64,000 nt of DNA from an uncultured Candidatus Saccharibacteria bacterium (GCA_964509605.1 CAZDXF010000001.1:8276-72275), one strand, 5' to 3'. Counted from the stretch's first letter, positions 46,695-57,135 are shown. Numbers and translations: made by a program. The notes: generated by a model not told the origin, from the letters alone.

Positions 46695-47276
46695 ATGAAA
46701 AAGAAGAAAATATTTATATTGCTGGGGCACCCAGATTCAGACAGTTTTAATGGTACTTTGGTGAGTGAATATGAAAAAGGCGCTCTTGAAGCGGGACATG
46801 AAGTGAGAAGGATGAATCTTCAAGATATGAATTTTGATCCCGTACTTCATAAAGGATACAAGGAGATTCAGGAGCTTGAGCCAGACCTCGTATCTTTTCA
46901 AGATAATTTAAAGTGGTGTGATCATTTCGCTGTGTTTTATCCCACTTGGTTTTCTACAATGCCCGCAAAACTAAAAGGTGTTTTTGATAGAGCTTGGCTT
47001 CCGGGATTTGCATATCATTTCAGAGAAAATGGGTTGGGTTGGGAAAGAAGACTGAAGGGTAGATCTGCTTCAATGTTTGTAACATCTGACACAGTTCCTA
47101 TAATTTTGAGACTAGTGTTTGGAGACACTACAAATGAAATGAGAAAAGGAATTCTCTGGTTTGCTGGGTTTTCTCCGATTTATCTTCACAAATTTGGCTA
47201 TTTGAAACATTTTGGCGTCTGGAGAAGACAAAGAATTCAGAGAAAGGTTTTTAGACTCGGAAAGAGGGCAAAATAA
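46695..47276 (+). CDS. flavodoxin-like fold NAD(P)H-dependent oxidoreductase
   Basis: KKIFILLGHPDSDSFNGTL N-terminal motif of the Flavodoxin_2/NQO1-like family. Confidence 0.6.
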   Translation: MKKKKIFILLGHPDSDSFNGTLVSEYEKGALEAGHEVRRMNLQDMNFDPVLHKGYKEIQELEPDLVSFQDNLKWCDHFAVFYPTWFSTMPAKLKGVFDRAWLPGFAYHFRENGLGWERRLKGRSASMFVTSDTVPIILRLVFGDTTNEMRKGILWFAGFSPIYLHKFGYLKHFGVWRRQRIQRKVFRLGKRAK

Positions 47277-47317
47277 CTTTGCTTTACGAAAAAATTTAAA
47301 CTGATAGCATCTATTCC

Positions 47318-47461
47318 ATGAAATTATCTATTGGAATAGTGGGTTTACCGAATGTTGGCCCCAAACAAAACAGTGGAATCAAGCACTTCGTGCCATAGTG
47401 AGTTCCTGTTTTGTTCGGGGCGAGTAGTGGTGATATAGTTTTTGTTCACATCGCATTTAAT
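47318..47461 (+). repeat. 42-nt duplication of the ychF 5' end plus 102-nt hairpin insert
   Basis: 47318-47359 equals 47462-47503 with one mismatch. The insert carries the inverted repeat CCCAAACAAAACAG...CTGTTTTGTTCGGGG. Confidence 0.7.
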
Positions 47462-48463
47462 ATGAAATTATCTATCGGAATAGTGGGTTTACCGAATGTT
47501 GGCAAATCAACGCTTTTTAATACATTAACTAAAAAATCTGTACCCGCAGAAAACTATCCGTTTTGTACGATTGATCCATCTGTAGGCATTGTTCCTGTAC
47601 CTGATGAGAGACTTAATAAACTTTCAGAATTTAGTAAATCAGAGGAAACAATACCCGCTGTGGTTGAGTTTGTTGATATTGCAGGTCTTGTAAAAGGTGC
47701 TTCTCTTGGAGAAGGTTTGGGAAATAAATTTTTGAGCAATATTCGTGAAGTAGACGCAATTGCACAAATGGTCAGAACTTTCAAAGATGATGATGTTGTG
47801 CATGTCCATGGAAAAGTTGATCCAATTTCTGATATTGAAGTAATAAATTTGGAGTTGATTTTGGCGGATACAGAGACGGTCTCAAAAAGACTCGGAAGTT
47901 TGGTAAGAGATGTTAAAAGTGGAAATAAAGAAGCAATGGCCGAAGAGATGGCTCTCAAAAAAGTGGAGATTACTTTAAAAAACGGAAATTTAGCAAATAA
48001 AACCGAGCTAAATGAGGAAGAAAAAAAGATTGTGAAAGGTTTGCACTTGCTCACGATGAAACCAATTCTTTACATTTTGAATGTTTCAGAGGCGAGTGAA
48101 AATGTGGCAGATGAAATTGCTTCAAAAATCCCCGGTAAATCTGTAAAAGTAGATCCTGTTTTTGGAAATGGTTTGGATGATCTAATAAAAGCGAGTTATG
48201 AATTGCTTGGTTTAGAAACTTTTTTTACAACAGGAGAAAAAGAAACACGAGCTTGGACAATAGAAAAAGGTTCTACAGCTCCAATTGCTGGCACCGCCAT
48301 TCACACAGATTTTAGAGATAAGTTTATAAGGGCAGATGTTATAGCTTGGGATAAGCTTTTAGAAGCCGGATCTTATGCAAATGCTAGAGAAAAAGGGTGG
48401 GTGAGAACTGAAGGCAAGGAATATATTGTCAAAGATGGCGATGTCGTAGAGTTTAAAATTTAA
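47462..48463 (+). CDS. ychF: ribosome-binding ATPase YchF
   Basis: GIVGLPNVGKSTLFN, a TGS domain, and C-terminal GDVVEFKI. Confidence 0.9.
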   Translation: MKLSIGIVGLPNVGKSTLFNTLTKKSVPAENYPFCTIDPSVGIVPVPDERLNKLSEFSKSEETIPAVVEFVDIAGLVKGASLGEGLGNKFLSNIREVDAIAQMVRTFKDDDVVHVHGKVDPISDIEVINLELILADTETVSKRLGSLVRDVKSGNKEAMAEEMALKKVEITLKNGNLANKTELNEEEKKIVKGLHLLTMKPILYILNVSEASENVADEIASKIPGKSVKVDPVFGNGLDDLIKASYELLGLETFFTTGEKETRAWTIEKGSTAPIAGTAIHTDFRDKFIRADVIAWDKLLEAGSYANAREKGWVRTEGKEYIVKDGDVVEFKI

Positions 48464-48500
48464 ATTGAAACCGCCGAGCGTTATGCGCTCGGCGATATAT

Positions 48501-48881
48501 TCACACATCTTTCGTTCCTCTTGCACCCAGAGGACTTTTGATCAACCACCTTCCTATGAGAAGAGAGGTGGCAAATGACAACAGAACTATGTATGTTGAC
48601 AGAGGTTTTTGTCCTCCTACAAGTATTGAAATAAACAACAACAGAGAACCAATAGCAAGACCTGTAAAAGCGTCTCTCATCGCTGGCCAATTTGTTTTTT
48701 CACTAGGCAAAATAGACGAGTGGTAACTTAAGAGTGCCGTGAAAGAAAAGAGAGCCAGACACAGAAATGTCGATAAATATCTAGAAAACTCTCCTATATA
48801 TGTATCGGTCAAGCCCATTAGAATACCAGCCAGAAATCCCAACCAAAACTGTACTGGATTTTTACCAGACTCTTTTTTCAT
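48501..48881 (-). CDS. membrane protein
   Basis: Four TM helices. Confidence 0.35.
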   Translation of the reverse strand: MKKESGKNPVQFWLGFLAGILMGLTDTYIGEFSRYLSTFLCLALFSFTALLSYHSSILPSEKTNWPAMRDAFTGLAIGSLLLFISILVGGQKPLSTYIVLLSFATSLLIGRWLIKSPLGARGTKDV

Positions 48882-48987
48882 AACGAGCCTCCAAATGATG
48901 AAAGTTTATTTGCGAGCAACTGCCTTGATAGTACAACGAAATAATCGATGCTACAATAGAACTTAATATAATGTATAATCAATAAAT

Positions 48988-49914
48988 ATGAATACAAAAA
49001 CAAAAGATTTTTTCCTTCATTTAGGGGCGATGGTGGCCTTGTATGCTGGAGTCATAGCACTCTTGAATTTACTGTTTAAAATTATAAATGTTGCGTTTCC
49101 TAAAATAGATGAATATAGATATGGTTTTTTTGGCTCAAGCTCAATCAGCTTGCAGGTCGCCATTTTACTTGTGGTTTTTCCTTTGTTTCTATTTCTAATG
49201 AATTTAATTCGCAGAGGATATCAAGAAAATCCTGAACGAAAAGAATACGCTGTTCGTAAGTGGCTAATTTGGATCACTCTTTTTGTCGCAGGAATAGCGA
49301 TTACCGCTGACTTGGTAACACTTCTTTACTACTTTTTAGATGGTAGGGAACTAACTGCTGGTTTTTCTTTGAAAGTCCTCTCTGTTCTTGTGGTTTCAGG
49401 CGGAGTATTCGGTTATTTTATAGATGATTTGAAAGATAGGTTAAATGGTTCGAGAAGAAATTTTTGGAGAATTTTGTCTGCTATTCTTGTCATTGGTTCA
49501 ATCGTTTTAGGTTTTATGGTTACTGGTTCTCCTAGAACACAGAGACTTGCCAACTACGATCAGTTGAAAATCAATGATTTGCAAAATATACAAAGCCAAG
49601 TTATTCAGTATTGGCAGATGAAGGGAGAAATTCCGGAAAATTTAGATGTTTTAAGGGACCCTCTCTCAAGCTACAACTTTATACCTCTAGATCCTCAGAC
49701 GGGGCAGTCTTATGAATATCAAAAAACAGGAGAAATGAGCTTCTCTATTTGTGCGGAATTTAATCTGGATTCAGTTTCTAGTAGAGCAAATCCAAGAATA
49801 AGCAATGTGATGAAATACGGTCTAGAAAATGAAAACTGGAATCACGCAGAAGGAGTTAATTGTTTTGAAAGAACTGTAGACCCAGAAAGATACCCAATAT
49901 TCAACAAAAATTAA
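48988..49914 (+). CDS. polytopic membrane protein with soluble C-terminal domain
   Basis: About 6 TM helices, then a hydrophilic tail. Confidence 0.35.
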   Translation: MNTKTKDFFLHLGAMVALYAGVIALLNLLFKIINVAFPKIDEYRYGFFGSSSISLQVAILLVVFPLFLFLMNLIRRGYQENPERKEYAVRKWLIWITLFVAGIAITADLVTLLYYFLDGRELTAGFSLKVLSVLVVSGGVFGYFIDDLKDRLNGSRRNFWRILSAILVIGSIVLGFMVTGSPRTQRLANYDQLKINDLQNIQSQVIQYWQMKGEIPENLDVLRDPLSSYNFIPLDPQTGQSYEYQKTGEMSFSICAEFNLDSVSSRANPRISNVMKYGLENENWNHAEGVNCFERTVDPERYPIFNKN

Positions 49915-49924
49915 AATAAGTGCA

Positions 49925-49953
49925 AAAAACGGCTTTACTGGAGCCGTTTTTTC
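49925..49953 (+). terminator. rho-independent terminator
   Basis: AAAAACGGCT-ttactgg-AGCCGTTTTTT. Confidence 0.75.
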
Positions 49954-49976
49954 TTGTATGATGCTTAAAATTTTCT

Positions 49977-52280
49977 ATGAATAAATACGACCACAAAAAA
50001 ATTGAAAATAAGTGGCAAAAAGAATGGGAGAGTAAAAAACTTTATCAGACAAAAAGTTCTTCAAAAAAGAATAACTTTTACGCTTTGATGGAATTTCCAT
50101 ATCCATCTGGAGACGGTCTTCATGTGGGGCATGTTAGAGGTTTTACAGCAATGGATGTTGTTGCTAGAAAAAAAAGGATGGAGGGCAAAAATGTTCTTTA
50201 TCCTATAGGTTGGGATGCTTTTGGATTACCTACAGAAAACTACGCTATTAAAACAGGCAAGGATCCGGCGGTTATTACAAAAACAAACACAGACAATTTT
50301 CGCAAACAATTTAAATCACTAGGTATTTCTTTTGATTGGTCTAGAGAGATAAACACGACTGATCCAAAATATTACAAATGGACACAGTGGCTTTTTTTGA
50401 GGTTTTTGGAAAAAGGGCTTGCGTATAAAACAAAGATGCCTATAAATTGGTGTCCCAAAGATAAAATTGGTCTTGCAAACGAAGAAGTTGTGGATGGAAA
50501 ATGCGAAAGATGCGGTACTCCTGTAGAAAAAAGAGAAAAAGAACAGTGGATGCTTGCAATAACTAAATATGCAGAAAGACTTCATAAAGATTTGGACGAT
50601 GTTGACTATCTGGAAAAAATTAAAATTCAGCAGAGAAATTGGATAGGAAAATCTGAGGGGGCAGAAATAGAATTTCAAATTTTAAATTCCAAACTTAAGA
50701 TAAAAGTTTTTACAACAAGACCAGATACGATTCGTGGAGCAACATACCTCGTGGTTTCTCCAGAGCATAGCATTGTTTCAGAGATTAAATCTCAAATCTC
50801 AAATTTTAATGAAGTGGCTTCTTACATAAAGAAAGCCAAAACAAAAACAGAAATTGAAAGAACTTCCGAAAGTAGGGAAAAGACCGGAGTAGAATTAAAG
50901 GGTGTTAAGGCGTTTAATCCCGCCACAAAAAAGGAGGTCCCAATTTGGACAGCTGATTATGTTCTGGCCCACTATGGTACTGGGGCGATTATGGCAGTCC
51001 CTTCAGATGATAAAAGGGATAAAGAGTTTGCCGAAAAATTTGATTTACCAGTCGTAGATGAATATCAAAAAGCTGGTTTTGAAGATTTTGGTAAAAAAAT
51101 AACTCGCTACAAGCTTAGAGATTGGGTTTTTTCAAGACAGAGATATTGGGGAGAACCAATCCCTGTAATACATTGTGAGAAATGTGGGGCTGTCCCTGTA
51201 CCAGAAAAAGATTTGCCGGTAAAACTTCCAAAAGTAAAAAAATATGAACCTACCGATACGGGAGAATCTCCTCTATCCTCTGTTTTTTCTTGGGTAAATA
51301 CCAAATGTCCCAAATGCAAATCTCCTGCCAAAAGAGAAACGGATACAATGCCACAATGGGCCGGATCCTCTTGGTACTTCTTTAGATATATTGATCCTAA
51401 AAATAATAAAAATTTTGCAGATAATAAAAGATTAGAAGAATGGATGCCTGTTGATTGGTATAACGGTGGGATGGAGCATACAACCCTTCATCTTTTATAT
51501 TCCAGATTTTGGAACAAATTTTTATTTGACTTAAAACTTGTCACCACATCAGAGCCATATCAGAAAAGAACATCTCACGGATTGATTTTGGCTCAAAATG
51601 GAGAAAAAATGAGTAAATCTAGAGGAAATGTGGTTAATCCGGATGAGATTGTGAAAAAATACGGAGCTGATACTTTGAGAATTTATGAAATGTTTATAGG
51701 ACCTTTTGATCAGTCTGTCTCCTGGTCAACTGATGGAATAGTCGGGCCAAGAAGATTTCTTGAAAAAATTTGGAGAATTTCAAAAACTGTTTCAGCTAAA
51801 AATAAAATTGATAAAAACTTAGAGATTTTAATTCAAAAGACAATAAAAAAAATATCTGAGGATATTGAATCAATGTCATTTAACACAGCGATTTCTTCTC
51901 TCATGGTGCTTTCAAATGAAATGGAGAGAATTGACTCTACAAATAAAAAACAATTTGAAATTTTCTTGAAACTTCTTGCTCCTTTTGCTCCACATATCTC
52001 TGAAGAGGTTTGGCATAACATTGGAAATAAAAAATCTATTCATATTGAAAAATGGCCAGAATTTGAACTTGATAAAATAAAAGATGAAACAATCAAATTG
52101 GTAGTTCAAGTAAATGGCAAAGTAAGAGCCGTGTTTGAAGAGAAGAAGGGAATAAAAGAAGAAGAAGCATTAAAAAAAGCTCTTGTTTTACCTGAAGTCA
52201 AAAAATGGACTGATGGCAAAAGCTTTAAAAAGAGCTTTTTTGTGCCAGATAAGCTTATAAACATCATTGTTTCTGAGTAG
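49977..52280 (+). CDS. leuS: leucyl-tRNA synthetase
   Basis: HVGHVRGF (HIGH), KMSKS and a CP1 editing region. Confidence 0.95.
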   Translation: MNKYDHKKIENKWQKEWESKKLYQTKSSSKKNNFYALMEFPYPSGDGLHVGHVRGFTAMDVVARKKRMEGKNVLYPIGWDAFGLPTENYAIKTGKDPAVITKTNTDNFRKQFKSLGISFDWSREINTTDPKYYKWTQWLFLRFLEKGLAYKTKMPINWCPKDKIGLANEEVVDGKCERCGTPVEKREKEQWMLAITKYAERLHKDLDDVDYLEKIKIQQRNWIGKSEGAEIEFQILNSKLKIKVFTTRPDTIRGATYLVVSPEHSIVSEIKSQISNFNEVASYIKKAKTKTEIERTSESREKTGVELKGVKAFNPATKKEVPIWTADYVLAHYGTGAIMAVPSDDKRDKEFAEKFDLPVVDEYQKAGFEDFGKKITRYKLRDWVFSRQRYWGEPIPVIHCEKCGAVPVPEKDLPVKLPKVKKYEPTDTGESPLSSVFSWVNTKCPKCKSPAKRETDTMPQWAGSSWYFFRYIDPKNNKNFADNKRLEEWMPVDWYNGGMEHTTLHLLYSRFWNKFLFDLKLVTTSEPYQKRTSHGLILAQNGEKMSKSRGNVVNPDEIVKKYGADTLRIYEMFIGPFDQSVSWSTDGIVGPRRFLEKIWRISKTVSAKNKIDKNLEILIQKTIKKISEDIESMSFNTAISSLMVLSNEMERIDSTNKKQFEIFLKLLAPFAPHISEEVWHNIGNKKSIHIEKWPEFELDKIKDETIKLVVQVNGKVRAVFEEKKGIKEEEALKKALVLPEVKKWTDGKSFKKSFFVPDKLINIIVSE

Positions 52281-52370
52281 AAATAACCTTACTTTAGAGA
52301 CATTTGACTTTAATAAGCAGTCGTGATAAAAATAAACGACAAATTAGTGATTTAGTAAATAAACCATTAT

Positions 52371-53414
52371 ATGAGCCAAACAATAACCATAAAATTTAAA
52401 CCAAAACAGGTCACAAAAAACCTGCTTTCTGTGCTTTCTGAGAGGGGAAAAGACGTTATTGTTAAGCGCTATGGTCTTGGTGAAAAACCAAACAAAATGA
52501 CTCTTGAGGCCATCGGTAAAAAGTATGGAATCACTCGTGAAAGAGTGAGGCAGATTGAAAACCATTCTTTGGCTCAAATAAGAAAATCTAAAGAATATCA
52601 GAAAGAGAAACCTGCTTTCGACCAACTTAAAGCTTATGTGCATTCTTTGGGAGCAATAATTTCTGAAGAAGATCTTTTGGAACATGTTAGTAAAGAAGAG
52701 GATGTTAGAAATCATGTTCATTTCATGCTTGTTATAGGTGAAGAGTTTGAAAAAATGAAAGAAGATGAACATTTCAAACACAGATGGCATGTAGACAAAG
52801 CTTTGTCAGAAAAAATTCATAATTCTCTCAAGAAACTTTACGCAAGTCTCGGTGATGATGAACTTGTTATTGAAAGCGATATTGTTAAATCTTTTCTTGA
52901 GTATGTAAAAGATGTTTCTGATCATCACAAAAACGAAGAAATTGTAAAAAGATGGCTAAAACTTTCAAAAAGAATTGATAGGAATCCTTTGGGTGAATGG
53001 GGTAAGTCCGAATCTGCCAATGTGAAAGCTAGAGGAATGAGAGATTACGCATTTTTGGTCATAAGAAGACACGGTTCGCCAATTCACTTCAGAGAAGTGG
53101 CTAAAGCTATAAATACCTATTTTAAAAAAGAAGCTCATGTGGCCACGACGCACAATGAACTCATAAAAGATCCTAGGTTTGTTTTGGTTGGAAGGGGTCT
53201 CTATGCCTTGTCAGAATGGGGTTATATTTCAGGTGTTGTAAAAGATGTTATTAGAAAGATAATAGAAAAGAACGGACCACTTCCAAAAGAAAAAATTATA
53301 GAAAAGGTCTTGAAAGAAAGATATGTGAAAGAAAACACTATTTTGGTCAATCTCCAAAACCCAAAGTTTTTCTCTAGAGATAAGGAAGGTAAATATCATA
53401 TCGCAGGAAAATAA
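52371..53414 (+). CDS. sigma-70 region-4-like HTH protein with C-terminal HARE-HTH-like domain
   Basis: MTLEAIGKKYGITRERVRQIENHSL is sigma region-4-like. GRGLYALSEWGY is HARE-HTH-like, similar to the RNAP delta N-terminus. Confidence 0.45.
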   Translation: MSQTITIKFKPKQVTKNLLSVLSERGKDVIVKRYGLGEKPNKMTLEAIGKKYGITRERVRQIENHSLAQIRKSKEYQKEKPAFDQLKAYVHSLGAIISEEDLLEHVSKEEDVRNHVHFMLVIGEEFEKMKEDEHFKHRWHVDKALSEKIHNSLKKLYASLGDDELVIESDIVKSFLEYVKDVSDHHKNEEIVKRWLKLSKRIDRNPLGEWGKSESANVKARGMRDYAFLVIRRHGSPIHFREVAKAINTYFKKEAHVATTHNELIKDPRFVLVGRGLYALSEWGYISGVVKDVIRKIIEKNGPLPKEKIIEKVLKERYVKENTILVNLQNPKFFSRDKEGKYHIAGK

Positions 53415-53417
53415 ACA

Positions 53418-53448
53418 AAAACCCTCCCAATAAACCGGGAGGGTTTTT
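53418..53448 (+). terminator. rho-independent terminator
   Basis: AAAACCCTCCC-aataaacc-GGGAGGGTTTTT. Confidence 0.75.
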
Positions 53449-53486
53449 GGTAGAAAATAAGAGGAACCTGATATAGAATATTATCT

Positions 53487-54728
53487 ATGTTAGACAATCT
53501 AATCTATCTTCTAACCAACGAAACATTTGTCTCAGCTCTTAGGACCATTTGGAATCTGCTACCTTTGTGGATGCCTGTTCTTTTGTTTAGTCTGTTTTTG
53601 CAAACATGGCTCAGATACAAGAGAACAAAATGGATAAAGGAACAAGACTATATTCTTCTTGAAATAAGAATTCCTAAAGAGATTACAAAATCTCCGAGTG
53701 CAATGGAAATTATCATAAGCTCTCTTTCCGCTCCCACAACAGGGACCTTTATAGATGTTTTTCTAAAAGGAAGATTGAGGACATGGTTTTCTTTAGAGAT
53801 AGTTTCTATTGAAGGACAAGTTAAGTTTTTTGTTTGGACGCCCAAGAAATTAAAAAATAATATTGAGTCTCAAATTTACGCTCAGTATCCAACTGTAGAA
53901 ATATATGAAGTTCCAGACTACTCTCTTTCTGTTCATTACAATACTTCCGAGTGGTCTTTTTTCGGTGCTCAAATGGAACTTACAAAACCAGATCCCTATC
54001 CAATAAAAACTTATATTGATTATGGTTTGGAAAAAGACCCTAAAGAAGAATATAAAATTGATCCTATAACCACCGTTCTTGAATATTTGGGCTCCTTAAG
54101 AGCTGGAGAGCAAGCTTGGATACAAATCTTGATAAGAGCACACAGAGAAGAAACATTGAAAAAAGACGCTAGTTTATTTAAAAAGCCGGATTGGAAAAAT
54201 AGAGCGAAAGAGGAAATAAAAAAAATAATAGAAAAAGATTCTTTTGTTAAACAGGCCGAAGACAAACCCCAAACACTTCAGCATTTAACAGAAATTCAAA
54301 AAGAAACAATAAATGCTATTGAGAGAAGTCTTTCAAAGACAGCTTTTGATTCAATGATTAGGGTTATGTATATTGCAAAGAAAGACAATTTCAACCCAGC
54401 AAATATTGGCGGACTTTTGGGGAGTTTCAAGCAGTTTAGCTCGAACCACTTAAACGGTTTTAAACCCGGATGGACAACGGGCTTTGATTATCCATGGGAG
54501 GATTTTAGGGGCATTAGAACCAGAATAGGAGAAAAAAAAGTGCTAGATGCATACAAAAGGAGATCTTTTTTCTATCTGCCTTACAAATTTTTCCAAGGTA
54601 AACCTTTTGTCTTAACATCAGAAGAGCTCGCTACTCTGTATCACTTCCCAGGCCAAGTCGCCTCTACTCCAACATTTTCAAGAATTGTGTCTAAAAAAGC
54701 GGAACCACCATCCAATTTGCCACTATAG
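53487..54728 (+). CDS. membrane-anchored hypothetical protein (413 aa)
   Basis: N-terminal TM helix; no confident domain. Confidence 0.35.
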   Translation: MLDNLIYLLTNETFVSALRTIWNLLPLWMPVLLFSLFLQTWLRYKRTKWIKEQDYILLEIRIPKEITKSPSAMEIIISSLSAPTTGTFIDVFLKGRLRTWFSLEIVSIEGQVKFFVWTPKKLKNNIESQIYAQYPTVEIYEVPDYSLSVHYNTSEWSFFGAQMELTKPDPYPIKTYIDYGLEKDPKEEYKIDPITTVLEYLGSLRAGEQAWIQILIRAHREETLKKDASLFKKPDWKNRAKEEIKKIIEKDSFVKQAEDKPQTLQHLTEIQKETINAIERSLSKTAFDSMIRVMYIAKKDNFNPANIGGLLGSFKQFSSNHLNGFKPGWTTGFDYPWEDFRGIRTRIGEKKVLDAYKRRSFFYLPYKFFQGKPFVLTSEELATLYHFPGQVASTPTFSRIVSKKAEPPSNLPL

Positions 54729-55702
54729 TGTATATGCAGAGTTTCCTTAACTTTTGGAAAAAAACAAATTGGACAGAACGCTTGGTTGTGATTTTTTTTG
54801 TTGGATTAATAATTTTTGATTTGGTTTTCTGGGAAGCTCCAACAAAATTTCAAGAAAATCATCTGGTAAAAATAGAGGAGGGTAAAACCCTTTCTCAAAT
54901 TTCTGAACTTTTAAAAGAGGACAATGTTATACGCTCGAAATTTTGGTTTAAAGTCGGTGTTTATTTGTTCGATAAAAATCATGGAGTAAAAGCCGGTGAT
55001 TACTATTTTGAAAACAAAATTCCTGTTTTCAGTGTTTCAAAAAGACTAGCAAATGGTGAATATTCTTTGGAGCCGGTGAGAATCACACTTCCGGAAGGTT
55101 TAAACTCATTTCAAATGGCAGATCTCTTTTCAGAAAAATTTGAATTTTTTAATAGAGAAGAATTTTTAAAAAATTCAAAAGAAGGATATCTTTTTCCAGA
55201 CACATATTTTTTCCTACCCAATGTTTCTTCTGAGGAAGTGATAAAAAGAATGACTTCAAATTTTGATTTAAAAATCAATGATCTTACAGAAAAAATAGAG
55301 TTATCTGGAAAAACTCTTGAAGATGTTATAAAGATGGCCTCAATCGTAGAAGAAGAAACAATAAAATTTGAAGATAAAAAAATTGTAGCTGGCATCCTTT
55401 GGAAAAGACTTTCAATCGGCATGGCATTGCAAGTAGATTCAACATTTTCTTACGTTAATGGAAAAAACACTTATGAACTCACTTTGGATGATTTAGAAAT
55501 TGAATCTCCTTACAATTCCTATAGAAACAATGGTTTACCACCAACCCCCATATCTAATCCCGGAATGGAGTCAATTTTGGCATCAATAGAACCAGCAGAA
55601 ACCAACTACCTCTATTTCTTGTCTGATTTAGCTGGAAATATGTATTATGCAGAAGATTTTGAGGGCCATCAGGTAAATAGACAAAGATACTTGCGAAGAT
55701 AG
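54728..55702 (+). CDS. mltG: endolytic murein transglycosylase MltG/YceG
   Basis: N-terminal TM helix and the YceG-like C-terminal pattern ...PPTPISNPG...YLYF... Confidence 0.75.
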   Translation: MYMQSFLNFWKKTNWTERLVVIFFVGLIIFDLVFWEAPTKFQENHLVKIEEGKTLSQISELLKEDNVIRSKFWFKVGVYLFDKNHGVKAGDYYFENKIPVFSVSKRLANGEYSLEPVRITLPEGLNSFQMADLFSEKFEFFNREEFLKNSKEGYLFPDTYFFLPNVSSEEVIKRMTSNFDLKINDLTEKIELSGKTLEDVIKMASIVEEETIKFEDKKIVAGILWKRLSIGMALQVDSTFSYVNGKNTYELTLDDLEIESPYNSYRNNGLPPTPISNPGMESILASIEPAETNYLYFLSDLAGNMYYAEDFEGHQVNRQRYLRR

Positions 55703-55761
55703 TTTTGTTGTGTTATAAACAGCATAGAAAACGATTTCCAACCTTGACCAAGGGGATTAGG

Positions 55762-55962
55762 ATGACAGATTTAAGCCAGCTGAGCCTCTTGGCTCAGATT
55801 ATCAGTTGGCGGATTGATGAGGGCAAGTCGTGCGTTCACTGTGGCAGTCCTGCTTACGTGAACCCAGAACACGAAGACATTTGGGGTTGTCCGGAGTGTC
55901 TTTTTGTCACGGCATCCCACAATGTCTTTTTCAGGAATTCTGTCGTATCAACCACCCAGTAG
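55762..55962 (+). CDS. 66-aa Zn-ribbon protein (CxxC...CxxC), GC-elevated with SD
   Basis: SD AAGGGGA 5 nt upstream; CVHCGSPAYVNPEHEDIWGCPEC. Confidence 0.45.
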   Translation: MTDLSQLSLLAQIISWRIDEGKSCVHCGSPAYVNPEHEDIWGCPECLFVTASHNVFFRNSVVSTTQ

Positions 55963-55982
55963 TTTGGGTGGTTGTTGTTTTA
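55951..55982 (+). terminator. hairpin terminator
   Basis: ACCACCCA-gtagtt-TGGGTGGT followed by TGTTGTTTT. Confidence 0.6.
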
Positions 55983-56004
55983 TATTTTTGCTAAAGTGCT
56001 TAGG

Positions 56005-57096
56005 ATGAAAAAAATCAAAGTCTTTGTAGGAATGTCAGGCGGAGTAGATAGTTCCGTTTCTGCCTTGCTATTGAAAAATAAAGGTTTTGATGTAACAGGA
56101 GTTTTTATAAAAGGATGGTATCCGGATTTTTTACCTTGTGACTGGAGGGAAGATAGGAGGGACGCCATGAGAGTTTGCGCCAAACTGGATATTCCTTTTT
56201 TAACACTTGATGCCGAAAAAGAATATAAGAAACAGGTTATTGACTACATGATTAGAGAATACAAAAATGGCAGAACTCCAAATCCCGACATTATGTGCAA
56301 TAAAGAAATAAAGTTCGGGGTTTTTTTAAGATTTGCTAAAAAATATGGCGCTGATTTTGTTGCGACCGGACATTATGCGCAAAAGGATGAATATCGAATG
56401 AAGAATAATGAATATCAATATAAACTTCTAGAAGCACGAGATAAGAACAAGGACCAGTCGTATTTTTTGTGGACACTAACACAAAAACAGCTTAAGCACA
56501 TTCTTTTTCCAATTGGTCATATGCAAAAGTCTGAAGTGAGAAAAATTGCAAAAAAACACAATCTCAATACTGCTGAAAAAAAAGATAGCCAAGGTATCTG
56601 CTTTTTGGGGAAAGTTGATCTTAAAGATTTTTTAAAGCATTACATTCCGGAAAAAGAAGGATCTGTTTTGAACTTGAGGGGAGAAAAAATAGGCAAACAC
56701 AAAGGCGTTCAATTTCTAACTATCGGTCAAAGGCATGGCTTTGAAATAAGAAACAAAGAGATAGATTCAAACAAAATGTATATAGTTTCAAAAAATATTA
56801 AAGAGAATACCCTAACCGTTGCTCCGGTGGGGGAAAAACAAAAAGAATCTTCGGGTTTAATAATTTTAGATAATGTAAATTGGATTGATAAAAAACCTGA
56901 CCCTGACAAAAACTACAAAATAAGGATAAGGTATAGACAAATTCCTATAAAATCCAAAATAAAGAAAAGAAATGGTGTTTGGGAAGTCCAATTGGTTAAA
57001 AAGGAAGAATTTATTTCTCCGGGGCAATCTTTGGTCGTGTATGGAGAAAAAGGCGAATGTTTAGGCGGAGGAATTATTTCATCTGTTAAAAACTAA
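56005..57096 (+). CDS. mnmA: tRNA-specific 2-thiouridylase
   Basis: PP-loop VGMSGGVDSSV, catalytic Cys and a C-terminal beta-barrel. Confidence 0.9.
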   Translation: MKKIKVFVGMSGGVDSSVSALLLKNKGFDVTGVFIKGWYPDFLPCDWREDRRDAMRVCAKLDIPFLTLDAEKEYKKQVIDYMIREYKNGRTPNPDIMCNKEIKFGVFLRFAKKYGADFVATGHYAQKDEYRMKNNEYQYKLLEARDKNKDQSYFLWTLTQKQLKHILFPIGHMQKSEVRKIAKKHNLNTAEKKDSQGICFLGKVDLKDFLKHYIPEKEGSVLNLRGEKIGKHKGVQFLTIGQRHGFEIRNKEIDSNKMYIVSKNIKENTLTVAPVGEKQKESSGLIILDNVNWIDKKPDPDKNYKIRIRYRQIPIKSKIKKRNGVWEVQLVKKEEFISPGQSLVVYGEKGECLGGGIISSVKN

Positions 57097-57135
57097 TAAT
57101 CTGATAAACAAATTAAATTTGATATACTACTCTTT

